A stretch of 64,000 bases of DNA, taken from positions 1,056,231 to 1,120,230 of the forward strand of contig CAVNZM010000009.1 in NCBI GenBank assembly GCA_963693365.1, read 5' to 3'. A model generated the notes under the pieces. It was not told the DNA's origin and searched no databases. It was given only the letters and a program-made list of their open reading frames with translations. Of the stretch, positions 35,001 to 58,230 are shown in pieces; within the stretch, counting starts at the first letter, position 1, and every line of letters starts with the position of its first letter. Position numbers and translations under genes: made by a program. The DNA comes from Amoebidium appalachense (taxonomy: Eukaryota; Protista; Ichthyosporea).

Positions 35001-35436
35001 CAACAACAACAACAAAAGAAAAACTGGTCTTGGTGCCGGGACGTGTGTGTGCGCATGCGGGTGCGTGTGTGCGTGTGCACGTGTGTCCGTGTATGTGGGA
35101 TAGGGGGGTGCAGGTGAGGGCCGGTTGGGGACAGGAGGGGAGGAGTTAAAGGGCGCAGTGGGCCACCATGGGTAAGCTGCTCAGCTTAGTAGTACCGCAT
35201 CGATATGTCACTGCGCGGCCAAGCGAGGGAGGGATGGGGCCGGGGAGGAAGATGGGGGGCGGGCCCCGGGGATGAAAGGGGGATCATTATTGCATGCAAT
35301 GCCGTGAACTTCCCCCCAGTGCCTGAGATGGATCGATCGGTGAAGGTATTATTTGTGCAAGGCACGGACGAAACTTTTTCAACATTGTGTTCGTTGTGTG
35401 TGTGTGTGTGGTGGTGGTGATTTTTTTTTTTTTTTT

Positions 35437-35487
<51 letters not shown>

Positions 35488-35925
35488 AAGGGCCGGGGGA
35501 GGGGGAGAACAATTGCCTTCATTAGCACCCTGGGCTATGAGAGAAGCTTTCCTCACTCTTACGATAGGCAAAGCAACTTAGTAAAATAGATTTTATTTAA
35601 TCGTTACGGGCAGTGCCACCAGCATGATAGCTGCTTCGATAAAAAAATCGATGCACAACAACACCAGTACGGTAAACCTCATGTAATCTGTAAACCGGCC
35701 ATGCTTGGAAGCTTCTGTGTAGCTACCCTAACGCCTGTGAAACAACATTCGCGAATCTGCTTCCTATCCCTGGAAAATTTCCACCTTCCATATCAAAAAT
35801 ACCATATATGCTCTTGTTCAACATTCACTCTCTTCATGCACATGCATACAGGTCACAGACACAAAGCACCTATCAACTTGAACCTCAAGATTAAGGCCAC
35901 AATTAACTGTTATCCCCCCCCCCCC

Positions 35926-35956
<31 letters not shown>

Positions 35957-36096
35957 ACACACACACTCTCTCTCTCTCTCTCTCTCTTCCGGGGACCTGA
36001 TCCGTGCTTGGAGAACTACTTCATCAAGACTTGTAATCTGCCTACACGTCTACATTCTACATGCCACCTCCCTACCTCTCTCATTATCTTACCCCC

Positions 36097-36375
36097 CCTT
36101 TAACCCCCGGCCTTTCCCACTGCCCTTGCCCGCATAAGCAACCCTGCTCGTCTCTGATCAAGACGGGTGACCTACCCATGTTCAAGTGAAACAGTATCTG
36201 AGTTGGGTTTCGTTAACGAGGTGAATAGGTCGAAACTCGGGTACTGTGGATGACGTGGGCCCCCCCTGAGGATGGGCTCTGCTTATTATGCATACTCTTT
36301 ATGTATGGCTTGCATTCTGCATCGTGTTCTCCGTTTGTTCTTGTGTACTTCGTAGTTTATGACGCATTCAAACCA
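36097..36375 (+). mobile_element. Dispersed structured repeat family, copy B (subfamily 1), with hammerhead-like core motifs
   Basis: Helix 36191-36203/36235-36247; GTT at 36202-36204, GAAA at 36232-36235, CTGAGGA at 36266-36272. Followed by poly-C and a second CTGATGATGGGC at ~36404. Confidence 0.85.
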
Positions 36376-36999
36376 CCCCCCCCCCCCCCCCCCCCCCCCC
36401 CCCCTGATGATGGGCCCTGTTCAAGTGGTCTTCTGCCTGCACGCTTCTCATTTTTGTGACGTTTTTGCTTGCTCTTTGTTGTCTCCTCCATATTCCCAAA
36501 CCTCTAACGCATACATCACCCCCCCCCCCCCCCCCCCCAACACCCCCTCTCGGCCTAGGCTCTTACCCTATGGCGCATTCAACCTCCCCCCCTCCCCCCC
36601 CCCCCCCCTCTCCCCCCGGGACCATAAAGCTGCCTACTCCTGTACGCGACCGCGACCACTGTGAGTGAGGGATGTATACATCATGCATCAGCATGAGTAG
36701 AAATAAACAAGAATCAAGCAACTTGTCCATGCAAGATTATCCTTGTGCAACCCCCCCCCTCCCCCCCCGGCCCGCCGCCTGGGGTGATGTACATGTGGCG
36801 AGGGCAAAACCGGATTCCAACGCGCGCGCGCGCGCACACACACATACACACACACACACACACACGTACATGCGCACGCACACACGTGCACACACGCTCT
36901 TCGAATTTACTCACTTGATCACTGCCCCCGACCCCCACCAAAACACTCACACAACCCACCGTGCATCTCCCTACGTCATATCACATCACCCTGCACGCA

Positions 37000-37044
<45 letters not shown>

Positions 37045-37969
37045 CCACCCCGCCCGCTCCTTTCCGCACATTCACTTACCTACTCTCCCACAACCGCTAC
37101 CCCAAGGCTATTCACTCAATTATCATCCCCCCCCCCCCCCTACCGATCCCCCCCTCGCCTCTTTTCCCTATGTCCTCTAAGCTATTCTTTACCATGGCAC
37201 CACAAAAAAAAAAAAAAATCCGAAGGTAAGCCCGAAAAAAGCAGAACATGGGAGTAATATTGTTTGGTCCATAGAACACACTATATATATCGTAGCCAAC
37301 AGCATCGTCAAAAACAAGATCAAAGGCATCATCTAAAAAACACCGCACACTAAACGTCAACGATGTTTCAACCGCTTGCAATTAACCATCAAAGTACGAT
37401 GTGCCATCATGATGTTTCAATAATATCAAGACATAACTTTGCGTATTACCCACACCATGTAAGTACAGTAACTGTAAGAATATAACATCACCTAGCATCC
37501 ATGTGTGCAAATGTGCCTGCCCAACCTTCGGTGTTTTTGTCTCCGCACTATCGGTGCAACCAGGCGCCCATACCGATGCACAGAACATCATGTACATTGT
37601 GAACTACCCCCCCCCCCCCCCCCCCCCCCCCCCTCTCTCCCTGCCAAAAAAAAAAAAAAAAAAAAAAAAAAAGGTAAATAAATAAAAAAGGGAAAAGGAG
37701 GAAGGGAAAAGGCAAAAAAGAAAAGAACAGAAAAACAACAAGAAAATTGCCAGCATAACTCCACCCACCCCCCTCACAACCACTCCAGCCTCTCCGTCCA
37801 GTCTTTGAATCTCGGCCACTCCTTTCTCTCCTTCCAATGTGGTCGGGGCTTGCCCTTGTCTCTCTGCACGTTGCAAACATGAGTTCAGCTGTCTCTCTCT
37901 CTCTCTCTCTCTCCCCCCCCCCCCCCCCCCCCCCCCCCCCACACCCACACACCACCACCACCACCACCA

Positions 37970-38011
<42 letters not shown>

Positions 38012-38574
38012 CCCCTCCCTCTCCCTCTCCGCCGGCGTGCTGAAAAAATGGCGCATGATGGCAGGCACGTCAGCACATAACCACACGTGCGCCCTGCAGA
38101 TATCATGCTGGGAGAGTACTAAAATGATCTTGTTTCTTGTTTGAAGGCAAGTGTAAGCGGGACAGAGAAGGACATTGGGAGAAGAGAACTGGAAAAGAGG
38201 TGGGGGTGGACAGCGCATTGAAACTGATCACAAGAACATATAACACTGCACTTCCCATAGGTCGGGCCAGGCGGGAGAAGAAGGGGAGGGGGGGGGGGGG
38301 GGAGGGGGGGGGGGAGGCAAGGAGAGAGGGGAAGAATGCAATGCAACAGTCAGAAACCAAGGCTGGAGGGGACATGCATGCATAAAGTAGCCAAAGAGCA
38401 TTATGTGCCCGGTACCTAATCTCCAAACTCACGTGGAATGGCACCATTTTTTGTATGTGTGAGCTTTGAAGGGGTGCGGAGGAAGGGGGGGGGGGGGGGG
38501 GGGGGGAGGATGGGGTTTTTTCGATTGGATGGTGTGTGTGGGGGGGGGGGGGGGGGGGGGGGAGTGGGGAGGGG

Positions 38575-38957
38575 TTTTTGAACGCGGAACACAGTACGAA
38601 GTACGCATACACAATGAGAAGCATGGTACAGGACACATGCAAAGGCAAACATTCAAGTATGCAACATCAGCCATGCGCACAGTATGCGTCATAAGCAGAG
38701 CCCATCCTCAGGGAGGGCCCAAGTCATCAATTGCGTCTGAGTTTCGACCCCTTAGCCCGCGTATATACGACGCTCCAACTCAGACAGCAGCATCAACTGA
38801 ACTTAAGAGGGTCAACCCGTCTTCATCAAAGACAAGCAGGGTTGCTTATGCCAGCAAGGTGAGCAAAACAGTGAAGATGTGTGTGCAAAACTAATGCAGT
38901 GCAGCGAAAAATGCTATGTGCTTACAGATGCACGGACACAGAGCAACCATGCCCGGT
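38575..38957 (-). mobile_element. Dispersed structured repeat family, copy D (subfamily 2, most complete)
   Basis: Reverse complement aligns to 47165-47406 plus 47752-47866 and to 48037-48241. Confidence 0.85.
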
Positions 38958-39499
38958 GGGGAAGGGGGGGGGATGTGGAGGGAGGAAGGGGGTGTTGGAG
39001 GGGAGAGAGAGGGAATGTACGAAGTGTGCATGGCAACAAACTAATTATATAACCAAAGACCCGGGAGCATACACAATAGGATAGGCTCAAGTGCACTATA
39101 GCCCATCCAGAGGCCAATACGTTGTTCAAAACAATAGGTTTTTAATACGTTAAGGCATGATGCAGGGAGAGGGAGCGAGCGAGCTCGAGGGAGGGAAAGG
39201 GAGCGGGGCAAGAAGGGGGGGGAGGGAGGGGGGAGGTGGGGATGATGGGCTACGAACGTGCTACAGAGTATGAGCTACACATTTTCGACGGACATCATTG
39301 TCTGCAATGGAGAAAAACACACGCACGGAGTATGCATCACAAGAGGGAGAGAGGGGGGGGGGGGAGGGGGGGGGGGAGGTATAATGTGTTACAGGAAACG
39401 GAGTACACGTACCACCGATAACACAATGAAAATTATGCTTGAAAACAAAAATATACAAGAAGGGTGGTGGGTGGTGGGTGTGTGTGTGTATGTGAGGAA

Positions 39500-39534
<35 letters not shown>

Positions 39535-39537
39535 TAC

Positions 39538-41397
39538 CTCTTTCAGTGCTGCAATTAAAGTTTCTAGGTTTTTCACGTTTTGCAGCGTTACTTTTTCATG
39601 CCACAAGTTCGGGCACGAGACGAAAGGGCCTAGGTCGATTTCGGGCTGATCGCTGATGCTGATTGATTCGAGCTATGGGTGCTCCGCCAAACACGACACA
39701 CATTTAAGTTCGAGATTGTCATTTAGGCTGAGGGACCGTAGATTGATGCAACCCGCAAGCGGGCAAATATCTGTCAGCGAGTCGCAAAACTCCAATGTCA
39801 CCGATTCCAATGTTTGGTTGACTCCCGGCGGCCCGAGTGACTGTAGTCCGACAAGAGTTGAAAGGTGGAGCACTTCTAACTGTGGGTAGGAAGAGACGCA
39901 CAGGCTGAACTCGCTTGTGTTGAGCGAGCCTGTTACACGAAGGTTTCTTAGCGCCGTGAGTTGCGCAATCACATCGCCAAACCGCATCCAGTCAACTTCG
40001 GTTTTGACCTCCAAGCCAAAAGACGAAAGTGTTGCGGCGCTATGTTCCAATCCTGTAATTGTGTCGAGACCAAGCCCCGGCTCGTAATCGATACACCTTT
40101 CAATAGACAACCTCTCAAGCGTGTTGGTTTGGAAATTTACCATCGGAGTGGGAATGGAGACGTGAGCTGAAATGCTTACCTCCCGCAGTGCAGTGCACAC
40201 AGAAAGGTTTGATATGTCAACAACATCGCCGCCCACAACCACATTCTTCAGCTTTGGAGCAACTGGTACTAACAAACGCATCCAATTTTTAACCGCAGGT
40301 TTTCAAGGTGAGGGCATGCACCGATTTCCTTTAAGTCAAGTTCGATGTCACCATTATCACCTTGCCTTAACCGGTTGTCCAATGCAAGGCTTCGTAAGGT
40401 CCGACCGAGGCTCGTGTTTAAAACTTTGGCTGCACTGAGCGGGAATTCCTGGTACCAAACGGGAACGGAACCTACACACACGAAAGAGAGCAAACTCTGT
40501 GCCGTTTTTACCAAGTGGTCTAACACCCCGTGATCGTCAAAAAAACATCGGTGCAGAAGTACGTGCTTGATGTGCTCGAATGAATGCCCGTCTGTAGAAG
40601 ACAGAACAACTGATTCGGCCACCAATGTTTCCAAATTAGGACACTTATCCCATATTTGGGCAACAAAACCCTCACCCTACTCTTCGTGTGGCCGTGGTTT
40701 GGCGTCCTCCACAGCGATGTGAACGGTCTGCAGATTGGCGCCCAAACCCTCGAGCACCGCCCGAAACAATAACAGCTCCAAGTTCGCTTCTGCGTCCATA
40801 AAATGACCCGTCCAGCGTAGCTTTGTCGTTCGTTGCAGGGAGCACAGAAAGTGTGCTGTGCTTGTCCACAACAAGGGCGGTGTTCGCGTGCGAGCACCAC
40901 TGTCTTCGCCCAACATGCCCTTTGTGCTGAAGTTTATGCGGCCAACTATCGGTCCAAACCGGCGCGAAAACCTGAACAGGGTCAAAACAGCATCATCATG
41001 TTCGATTACACGGTCGCTGCTGTAGGCGAAAGTGATGAGACCTGCCTCCTTTGTGCGCGCGAGGTGGTCGAGGTATTTGCAAACACGTGTGACGGTAAGG
41101 CGGTCTGTGAGCGGCAGGGCACGGATAATGCGCACAAGGATCTCCGGGGGCAGCCGGGCAAGGGGGAAGCCTGAAAGGGCAGGAGAGGGGAGAGTGGGTT
41201 AGCAAGTTAGCCTCCTTGTATGAACCAGAACAGAACACTTCAAATCATCTTAAGCTAGCGAGAGCCTAGACGAGCCCTAATAAACAAGTCCAAATAAAAG
41301 GTGCGCTTTCATGAAGGCCCCGGTTTTTTAAACCTGAATGTTTCCAGTGACCCATGACATCTAACTCACTTTTGCTCTCATCTCCCGGCTGCATCAT
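39538..41397 (-). pseudogene. F-box/LRR protein gene with two in-frame TAGs and one frameshift
   Basis: Exon 41397-41370 (MMQPGDESK) splices in phase to 41170: FPLARLPPEILVRIIRALPLTDRLTVTRVCK (F-box). LRR-like units follow (CPNLETL, CPHLENLRL, LTALRNLRV, CINLRSLSL). The frame reads through TAG at 40679-40677 and 39675-39673, with a 1-nt shortfall in the A5 run at 40290-40286. Confidence 0.8.
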
Positions 41398-41935
41398 CGC
41401 TAGAGCGGTGTGCCTAAGCACCCTCCCTCACACGTTGTAGGCACAGGAAGTTGCCGCGCAAGAAGTTGAAGTGGTATAGTAAAGCCGTCTAACTACGTGT
41501 AGTGGTGACCTATATAGAGTAGCATACTAATTTCGCCTGCGCTCTCCGCTCCCAGCTGTTCTGCTTTGAAGCTGAGCAACTCACGGTGTGTGCTGTTCCA
41601 TGATCTTTGCAAACGATCGATATCAAACGTTCAAATCTTTTCGATGTTTTTACGCAAACAGCTACTGAGCCAACTGAGCCACTCCATTCACTGTCTCAGA
41701 CGTCGACATCTGTCAGAGCTGAAGCGGCGACGCTCTCTCCCAGCAGACTGAGAGGTCCCACACAAGGATAACAGAGTTGTTTGGACTGCACACGCCATGT
41801 GGCGCTTAGGTCAGGACGTGCATCAAGATTTAGCAAGTAGCATGGCATGATATTTTGCTTCCATCGTTGCGGTCCATAGATCCGACTTGCTCTTTTATAC
41901 GATCACAGAGCCATGTGCTGCCCCGATCCTTCACG

Positions 41936-51229
<9,294 letters not shown>

Positions 51230-51962
51230 GCTATAGGCAGCACTTCTAATAGCCCAATCAAATGGCTTGTGCAGTTTTATTGGAATTTTTAATTGGATGA
51301 ATGCCAGTGCCCTGCAATGTGATCTGTCGAAGGTGGCTTTGGAACTTTAGGTCATTAGTATTTTGTTATTTATTAGTTTTATTTTTTAATGCATGAATGT
51401 GATTTTTGCAGAGTAATTAATCGAATTCCGTATTCCGTAAATTCCAGATTATGTAATGGTGGTTTTACGCTTTCTGTGCCTATGATCTACCTATATTGAT
51501 ATTGCCGTTTACCCCGTGTAAACCCCGTTCACACAGCAGCTATCCGAAGCATATCACTAAGCTAACCCTTGGTGCTATGAATGCACCAATCGGGTGTGAA
51601 ATACAGTCGATCATGGTTTTCTGTGTTGCTCTCCGCCGTCCACCACCACCACTTTCACCGACAACACACATGTACAGACGCGCACCGTACCCCCCCCCCC
51701 CCCCCCTCCCTCCTCCCCCCTTCCCCTTCCCCTCCCCTGCCCCCCCACCCCCCCTTTAACCTCCCAAAAAAAATGGAAAAAAGGCAGGTGCAAGCAAAAG
51801 GGAAGGAACTTCAAGTTTATATGAAACGAAGAGAGAAGAAGCATTGCCAAGTAGAATAAGACGGCATTGCAATTGGGTGTCCTTTTTTTCCCACTTCATT
51901 TTTTGGGTATGGCCACTGGTGGTGCACATAGGAGAGCAGGAACCCGGGGAAGGGGGGGAGAA

Positions 51963-52017
<55 letters not shown>

Positions 52018-52599
52018 GATATACATGTTTGCATTCAATATTGCTGTAACGGCCTAACCGTTTGAATGGGAGATGTGATCATGGGGGCTATATTAGATTG
52101 GCCCAAATCGAGTTCCGGAGACCATCAGCACTGCCAGGCTTACTTGTGTTATAATTAACGTTCATGAACGTCAACACGTTTGTGGGCAAGGGTGGGGTCG
52201 TTGTACATGTGCCACCAGTCTCATTAACAGTATGAGTCCTAGATACGATCGATGCACACGAATCATAGCAGTGTTGTAAGTTGTGCGACCCATTCATTAC
52301 TCAGTCTGTATATGCGTGCCGACTGCATGCAATCCACTGCCACTATGCATATTATGCACAGTTGAAATGTGTGCTTTCAGGCACTTACTTTCACCCGACC
52401 TACAAAGAGCCCATGTTGCGAAATTTAATATGGCTACGAGACACCCTCCCGTCTCTGGTTGAAGTGTAAGAGCGTTGAAAGAAAAACGTCAGCATGCACT
52501 AAGAACCTCTTCCCCTTCCATCCTGTACACGTGTCCCCCCCCCCCCCCCCCCCCTCCACCCTCTCCCCTCCCTCACTCCCCATCGGCCCCCTCCCTGCG

Positions 52600-52638
<39 letters not shown>

Positions 52639-53089
52639 CACACACACACACACACACGTACACACACACGTACACGTGAGGCGCCAGATCACCACCACCA
52701 CCACGACCATTTGCTCATGCACCCGCGTATGCATGCACGACTTACGTCCTGCAGTACCTGGTGGTGCTCCCCTATAGCTAGGCCTCATCGACCAATCAGG
52801 GGCAGCCAAATGTCTTCTACGGTGTCGATCTGATTGTTTCTGCCAAGTTGTCTAGATTATATGGACACTAGCCTGGCACCCTGTCACCTACTGAGGTGAC
52901 TCGTATTTTTCCTTACACACACCGCGAACACTGGACTCTCGGGACCGTAGAGCCGCCGCGAGAGAAAGCATGCACACAGTGTAAGGAAAATCGATGAGGC
53001 GAACGGCAAGTTCATAGCAGCCCAGGCACCGTCCGTACGTGCCAGCCTGGCACCATGCCGGTAATCATATCGGCACAACAGTTTCGAAG

Positions 53090-53415
53090 CGAGCTGAGTA
53101 TAATTCTGCAACAAACAATATTATTCTGCAAAAAACAGCTTAGTTTACTGTGCATGCTTCTAGCTAGCCGAGTAGAAGTACCCGGTGAAAGATGTATTCT
53201 GCGAAACACGCCATTATTTGGCAAAAAGGCATATGCTTTATAGTATGCTGCAAAAAGTCAAGGCAGTTACATATTAGTTGACAGAGATTATTAAACCATA
53301 ATCTACAGATAACTAGGATCATACGCACTTCACAAGAGTCTGCAGAGTAATCTGCAAAAAGTTGAATTATTTGATCAAAAGCAGGTAGGAAAATGCAAAC
53401 CCCGAGTTATTCTGT
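53090..53415. repeat. Degenerate relative of the MITE internal repeats
   Basis: Repeated TAATTCTGCA / TTATTCTGCAAAAA / GCAGAGTAATCTGCAAAAAG units as in 4420-4830; no clear terminal inverted repeats. Confidence 0.5.
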
Positions 53416-53825
53416 GACCTCTTCCCCCCCCCCCCCCCCCCCCCCCCCCTCCCCCAACCTCACCTTCCGTTAACAGCAATTCCAATTATTCTCCCGGCCG
53501 CCTCATCTGGTCTGTATGTATTCAACAGAATCTTACCCCCTCTGTAGATTTTCTTCCTGTCCCCTACACAATCCCATTTCGGTGCAGCCTTGATATTTCG
53601 GTCCGTGCTATAGCTATGCACAGAAACAAAACTAAACGCAAACACAATTCTGTCTAAACTTGGGTACTAGTAATATTTAGGGATTCTTGAATAATAAATT
53701 GGATGGTGGACCCCGGGGCGCGGGGGGAAGGGGGGGGGGGGGGGGGGGGGGGGCTGGGGGACCGGGGGGGGATGGGGAGAAAGGGGGATGGAGGCACGTA
53801 CATAACATTGAAACTCCCTCCGGTA

Positions 53826-53877
<52 letters not shown>

Positions 53878-54421
53878 CCCCCTCCCCACAGGGAACGAAC
53901 CGTTACCCGGCCCTTGGTCCCCTAGGTCCGCCCCTCCCCCTCCTACCCCTCCAATCAACCTCCCACAAATTCAAAAGCCACTTCGTAACAACAAGAGCAG
54001 GGGCACGTCTCCCCCCCCTCCCCCCCCCCCCCAAGAAAACACCATCACCAAGCCCAACTGCACCACTCCTTCCATATGGTACAATTTCGTTACTTATTTT
54101 AAGTGGTTTCAATCAGAGTTTCAAGTTATTTCTTTATGTAGATCATATCATTTGGGCAACCTCTAATCTTATAGATCTCGTGCCCAATGGTTTGTATTGT
54201 TATCTGACAGTCTGCGTGTGTATGTGTTAATATGCGTCGTTTTGTGTGTGTGCACCACTGGTCCTATTATGTACGGTGTGTGCCGCACACAATGGTACCT
54301 CTCGTACCATGTATTGTGTGTATTGCTCAACGGTATGCATGCGCAAGAATGTATGCTCTCGTGCGGCTGTGTGTGTATGTGCGCGTGTGTCACGGTGTGT
54401 GTGTGTGTGTGTGTGTGTCAC

Positions 54422-54463
<42 letters not shown>

Positions 54464-55679
54464 GTCACAGTGTGTTGTTTGCGTGTGCGTGTGCGTGTGC
54501 GTGTGCATGTGTGTGTGTGGAGCAATGTTTTTTTTCCCCAAGAGGCTTCCTTCATTTCTTTCTTTCGTTATTTTTTTTCTGTGGGTGAATGGGTGGGTGG
54601 GTGGGTGGGTTTGCGCGGGGCGGGCGGGGGGGGGGGGGGGGGGGGGGGAGGGGGAGGGGGGGTGATATTATCATAGTAAAATAGTTTATTTTTATTTTTA
54701 TTTATCCCGTTTCACTCCCAACGAGGCACTGCCTCAGGGGAGCTTACCGTCTTCCGCCTTCAATAGACACAGATCGTACTGTATAGCACACTCATAAGTC
54801 AGGATTCTAATTGACCCCAACTGGCACTATTTTTAGTTACGCCTTTATCCCACGGTTCTAGCCGCAGCAATTGCAACGCTAGTGGGGAAGTGAGCACAGC
54901 TCACTTTAACAACACCAGCCGGGAGCGACCCGGGACACATACACAACATAAAGACTTGAAAGGGAAAACCCCATGCCCAGGACGCTGACCCGAACCGTGG
55001 CCAGTGACTCGGATTGGTCTCCCACTTGAACGTTGGGCCGGGATGCCCAAGCGGCGCGCCGTTGACGTCAGAGGGCCGGTGCTGTTCATGACGTCATGTC
55101 CTGCGGCCGGATGATAACAATTTGGTGGTGCTGCTTGACGTGGTCTGGGGTGATGGCTTCTAGGGGGCGGCCAGACCGGTGGACCGTCGAGCAGACAAAA
55201 ATCGGAAGTAACCAGGATCGATCCTGCGACTCGGATCCGGCTTGACACGCAGAGATCTTACCATTGCACCAACCCGCCCCCCGTCATAATAAAATAGGAG
55301 GGAGAAAATATATATTCGAACGTGACACTGTGTGCGCGTGTGTCAGAGTGTGTGTGCGTGCGTGTGTGCGTGTGTGGATGCATGCATGGACAAGTGTGCC
55401 TGAGCGCCTGTCTTTCTCCTTGGCAATGCTATTAGTTTGTGTAATTATAAATCAAGACACCTTGGATGGATAGATATTATATACACCCTTCAATGCTGAC
55501 CATTATGTGACCGTGTCGGCATGTCCGTTCGTGCATGTGCGCAACTGGTGTACATGTGTGCGTGTGGTATACAGATGTGTGTAGGCACATGCGAAACTGT
55601 GTGTGTGTCACGCAAACACACACAAGACCGTGACACATAAAGAACACACCGTGAAACACACACAATTGCAAACATAACA

Positions 55680-55742
<63 letters not shown>

Positions 55743-56071
55743 CTCCCCCACTCTGTGTCTGTCTCTTCCCGGTCGTCCCGGCCCCCTCTCTTCCCTGTCT
55801 CTCACTCTTCTCTCTTCCCCCCTCCCCCCCCCCCCCCCCCTCACCCGCCCCCCCTCCCTTCTCTCTCTCTGTCTCTGTCTCTCTCCCCCTCCCACCTCTC
55901 TGTCTATCTTCCCCCCCCCCCCCCCTCTCTCCCTCTCCCTCCCCCCCCCCCCCCCCCCCCCCCCTCTCCCTCTTCTCTCCCCCTTCTCCCTCCGAGTCTA
56001 CCTCTCCCTCTCTCCCTCCCTCCTTCTCTCTCCCTCTCCCTCTCTCTCCCTCCCTCCTTCTCTCTCTCTCT

Positions 56072-56106
<35 letters not shown>

Positions 56107-56128
56107 CTCCCCCCTCTTCTCTCTCTCC

Positions 56129-56180
<52 letters not shown>

Positions 56181-56236
56181 CGCCCTCTCCCTCCCTCCCT
56201 CCCTCCCTCCCTCCCTCCCCGGCCCCTCTCCGTCTC

Positions 56237-56275
<39 letters not shown>

Positions 56276-56355
56276 TGAACAAAACAAATAAATCTCTCTC
56301 TGTGTGCCTGTAGTGTGTGTGTGTGTTTGTGTGCGCGTGTGTTTGTGTGCGTGTG

Positions 56356-56387
<32 letters not shown>

Positions 56388-58230
56388 TTCTTGCGTGTGT
56401 GCGTGCGTGTGTGCGTGTTGAACAAAACAAAAGAAAATAATTGCAATTTCCGGCCGGAACCCTATGTATTACAGCGGCTAACTAATATAACAGAGCTCCA
56501 TAGTAGCTTTAGATGGCGAAAGGTCCCTGGGGCCAGTGCTGTCACTAGTTGCCCGAGCCATGCGAAAAGCCAAGTGCACTATTTCAATAGTAGCTCTGAG
56601 TAGGCCAAGTGAAGCTCACCGTTTGAGCCACGAGCCACTTTATATAGCTGCCGAGCCCAATTCCCATGACCTTCAATACCTAGGCTCTGTGCGACCCCAG
56701 GTCGAATATCCGTACATTTCGCCTCAAAAAAACAACATTCAATTACCAAAACACAAGTAAAGTGGTTTGAACAAAATATTTCGTACAAATTTTTTTATAA
56801 AAGTGTTTTGATTAAAATATATAGAAGACAAAATAGTACTAAACTTTTTATAGCCTTGCCTGCTGTATCATCATGTACCTTTACAACAAAACAAAGAGGA
56901 GATCCAGGGTTGTTCAGTGTAGGGAGATATTCTCCGACCCTGCCGGGCTGCGCAGATCATGCTTTTTTGGAAGATCCCGGCAGAGCGGCGCGAGGCTCTG
57001 AGAGTCCCAGAGATAAATAAAATTTATCCATATAAAAGCACTGGGATAATAGTTTACAAGAGATTTATTTATCAAAACATTGCAGCTTTACACATTAATA
57101 GGCCACTTTTGTACGCAACAAGGCTCGTGCTTTCTTAGATGTCCAATTAGATGCCGCATGCGAATAACCAATCGGAAATGAGGTCATTAGCCAATCCCGG
57201 GGATTTGCCTCACGTGAGTGAGTCTTTAGGAAATGAATAATGTAGCCAATCAGAATCGATTATGTAACATGATGTTGCATGATTCATTCCAACATCCGAC
57301 TCATCCGGTCAACCTGGTGACAACGTTTATCCTTACAACCGTTCATTAGCACAATTTATAGTACAGAAAAAAATGATCAGTACCGTATATTTAATCAATA
57401 TTCGTAGAAGATGATTCCAAGCCTCGCAATAATGACCCGAAGAGTGCGAGAACTTCGCCGTAAAAGGTTAACATATTCAATCAACAACAGATCTCTAACA
57501 GCCCAGCATATATCCCTATTGGTCAAGGATTGTATGGATGGATTCAAGATACAGACCCGCATGATTCAAGCAAGGAAAAGACCAATCATCAGGCTCTATG
57601 GGTTCAAAAGATGCTGTCAGCCAATCATTTTGCGCTTCTATAGGGTGTGGATCCATGCTATTCAAGGCATGGGTTTGGACGTCTGGAACCGCCGAGAACG
57701 ATATTTTCACGTTTGTACTTTATCCCCACATCTGTGGCTCGATAAGTCCGTCAACCAATAGAATCTTGCAGCCGATTTGCTTCTTGATATCTATTGGTGT
57801 ATAATCACGTAGCTCTTTATCTGCCGTGATCGCCGCGCTGTTGCAGCCATGGGCTCGTCAGCCGCGCCAACGTAAACAGAAACGACCTTCTTTTTCTCTC
57901 ACAAGTTCATGAACGAAACAAGAGTTGGGGTGGTAAAATAGGAATACAAGGAAACATCTACTTGTTTTTTTGGGTGACAATACCTTTAAGCTTAGTGTTT
58001 TGAGATAGCTGTGGCTTTAGTGAAATCATAGTTAGTATACGAACACGTGTCAGGTCAAAGCAGTGAAGACACAGCGCAACACGAACACCTAAAGTGACGT
58101 GGCACGTTTTCCAATCGAGGGAGTTAGCTTATTTCTTATGCCCAAGAAGGCAGTCTTTATGTTTTCACACACGAGTAGGAGGGACTCCCAATATAGAAAG
58201 GTGCTGAAGCGAGGGAGCTCGTTTGCAAAC

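Noticed and set aside
36225-36240. tRNA gene or tRNA-derived SINE B-box (GGTCGAAAC)
   Set aside because: It mismatches GTTCRA and no A-box or cloverleaf was found; not fully excluded.
36232-36272. Canonical type II hammerhead using GAAAC-TCGG-GTA
   Set aside because: No stem I can form between that triplet and CTGAGGA, and the GTA is absent from copies D-F.
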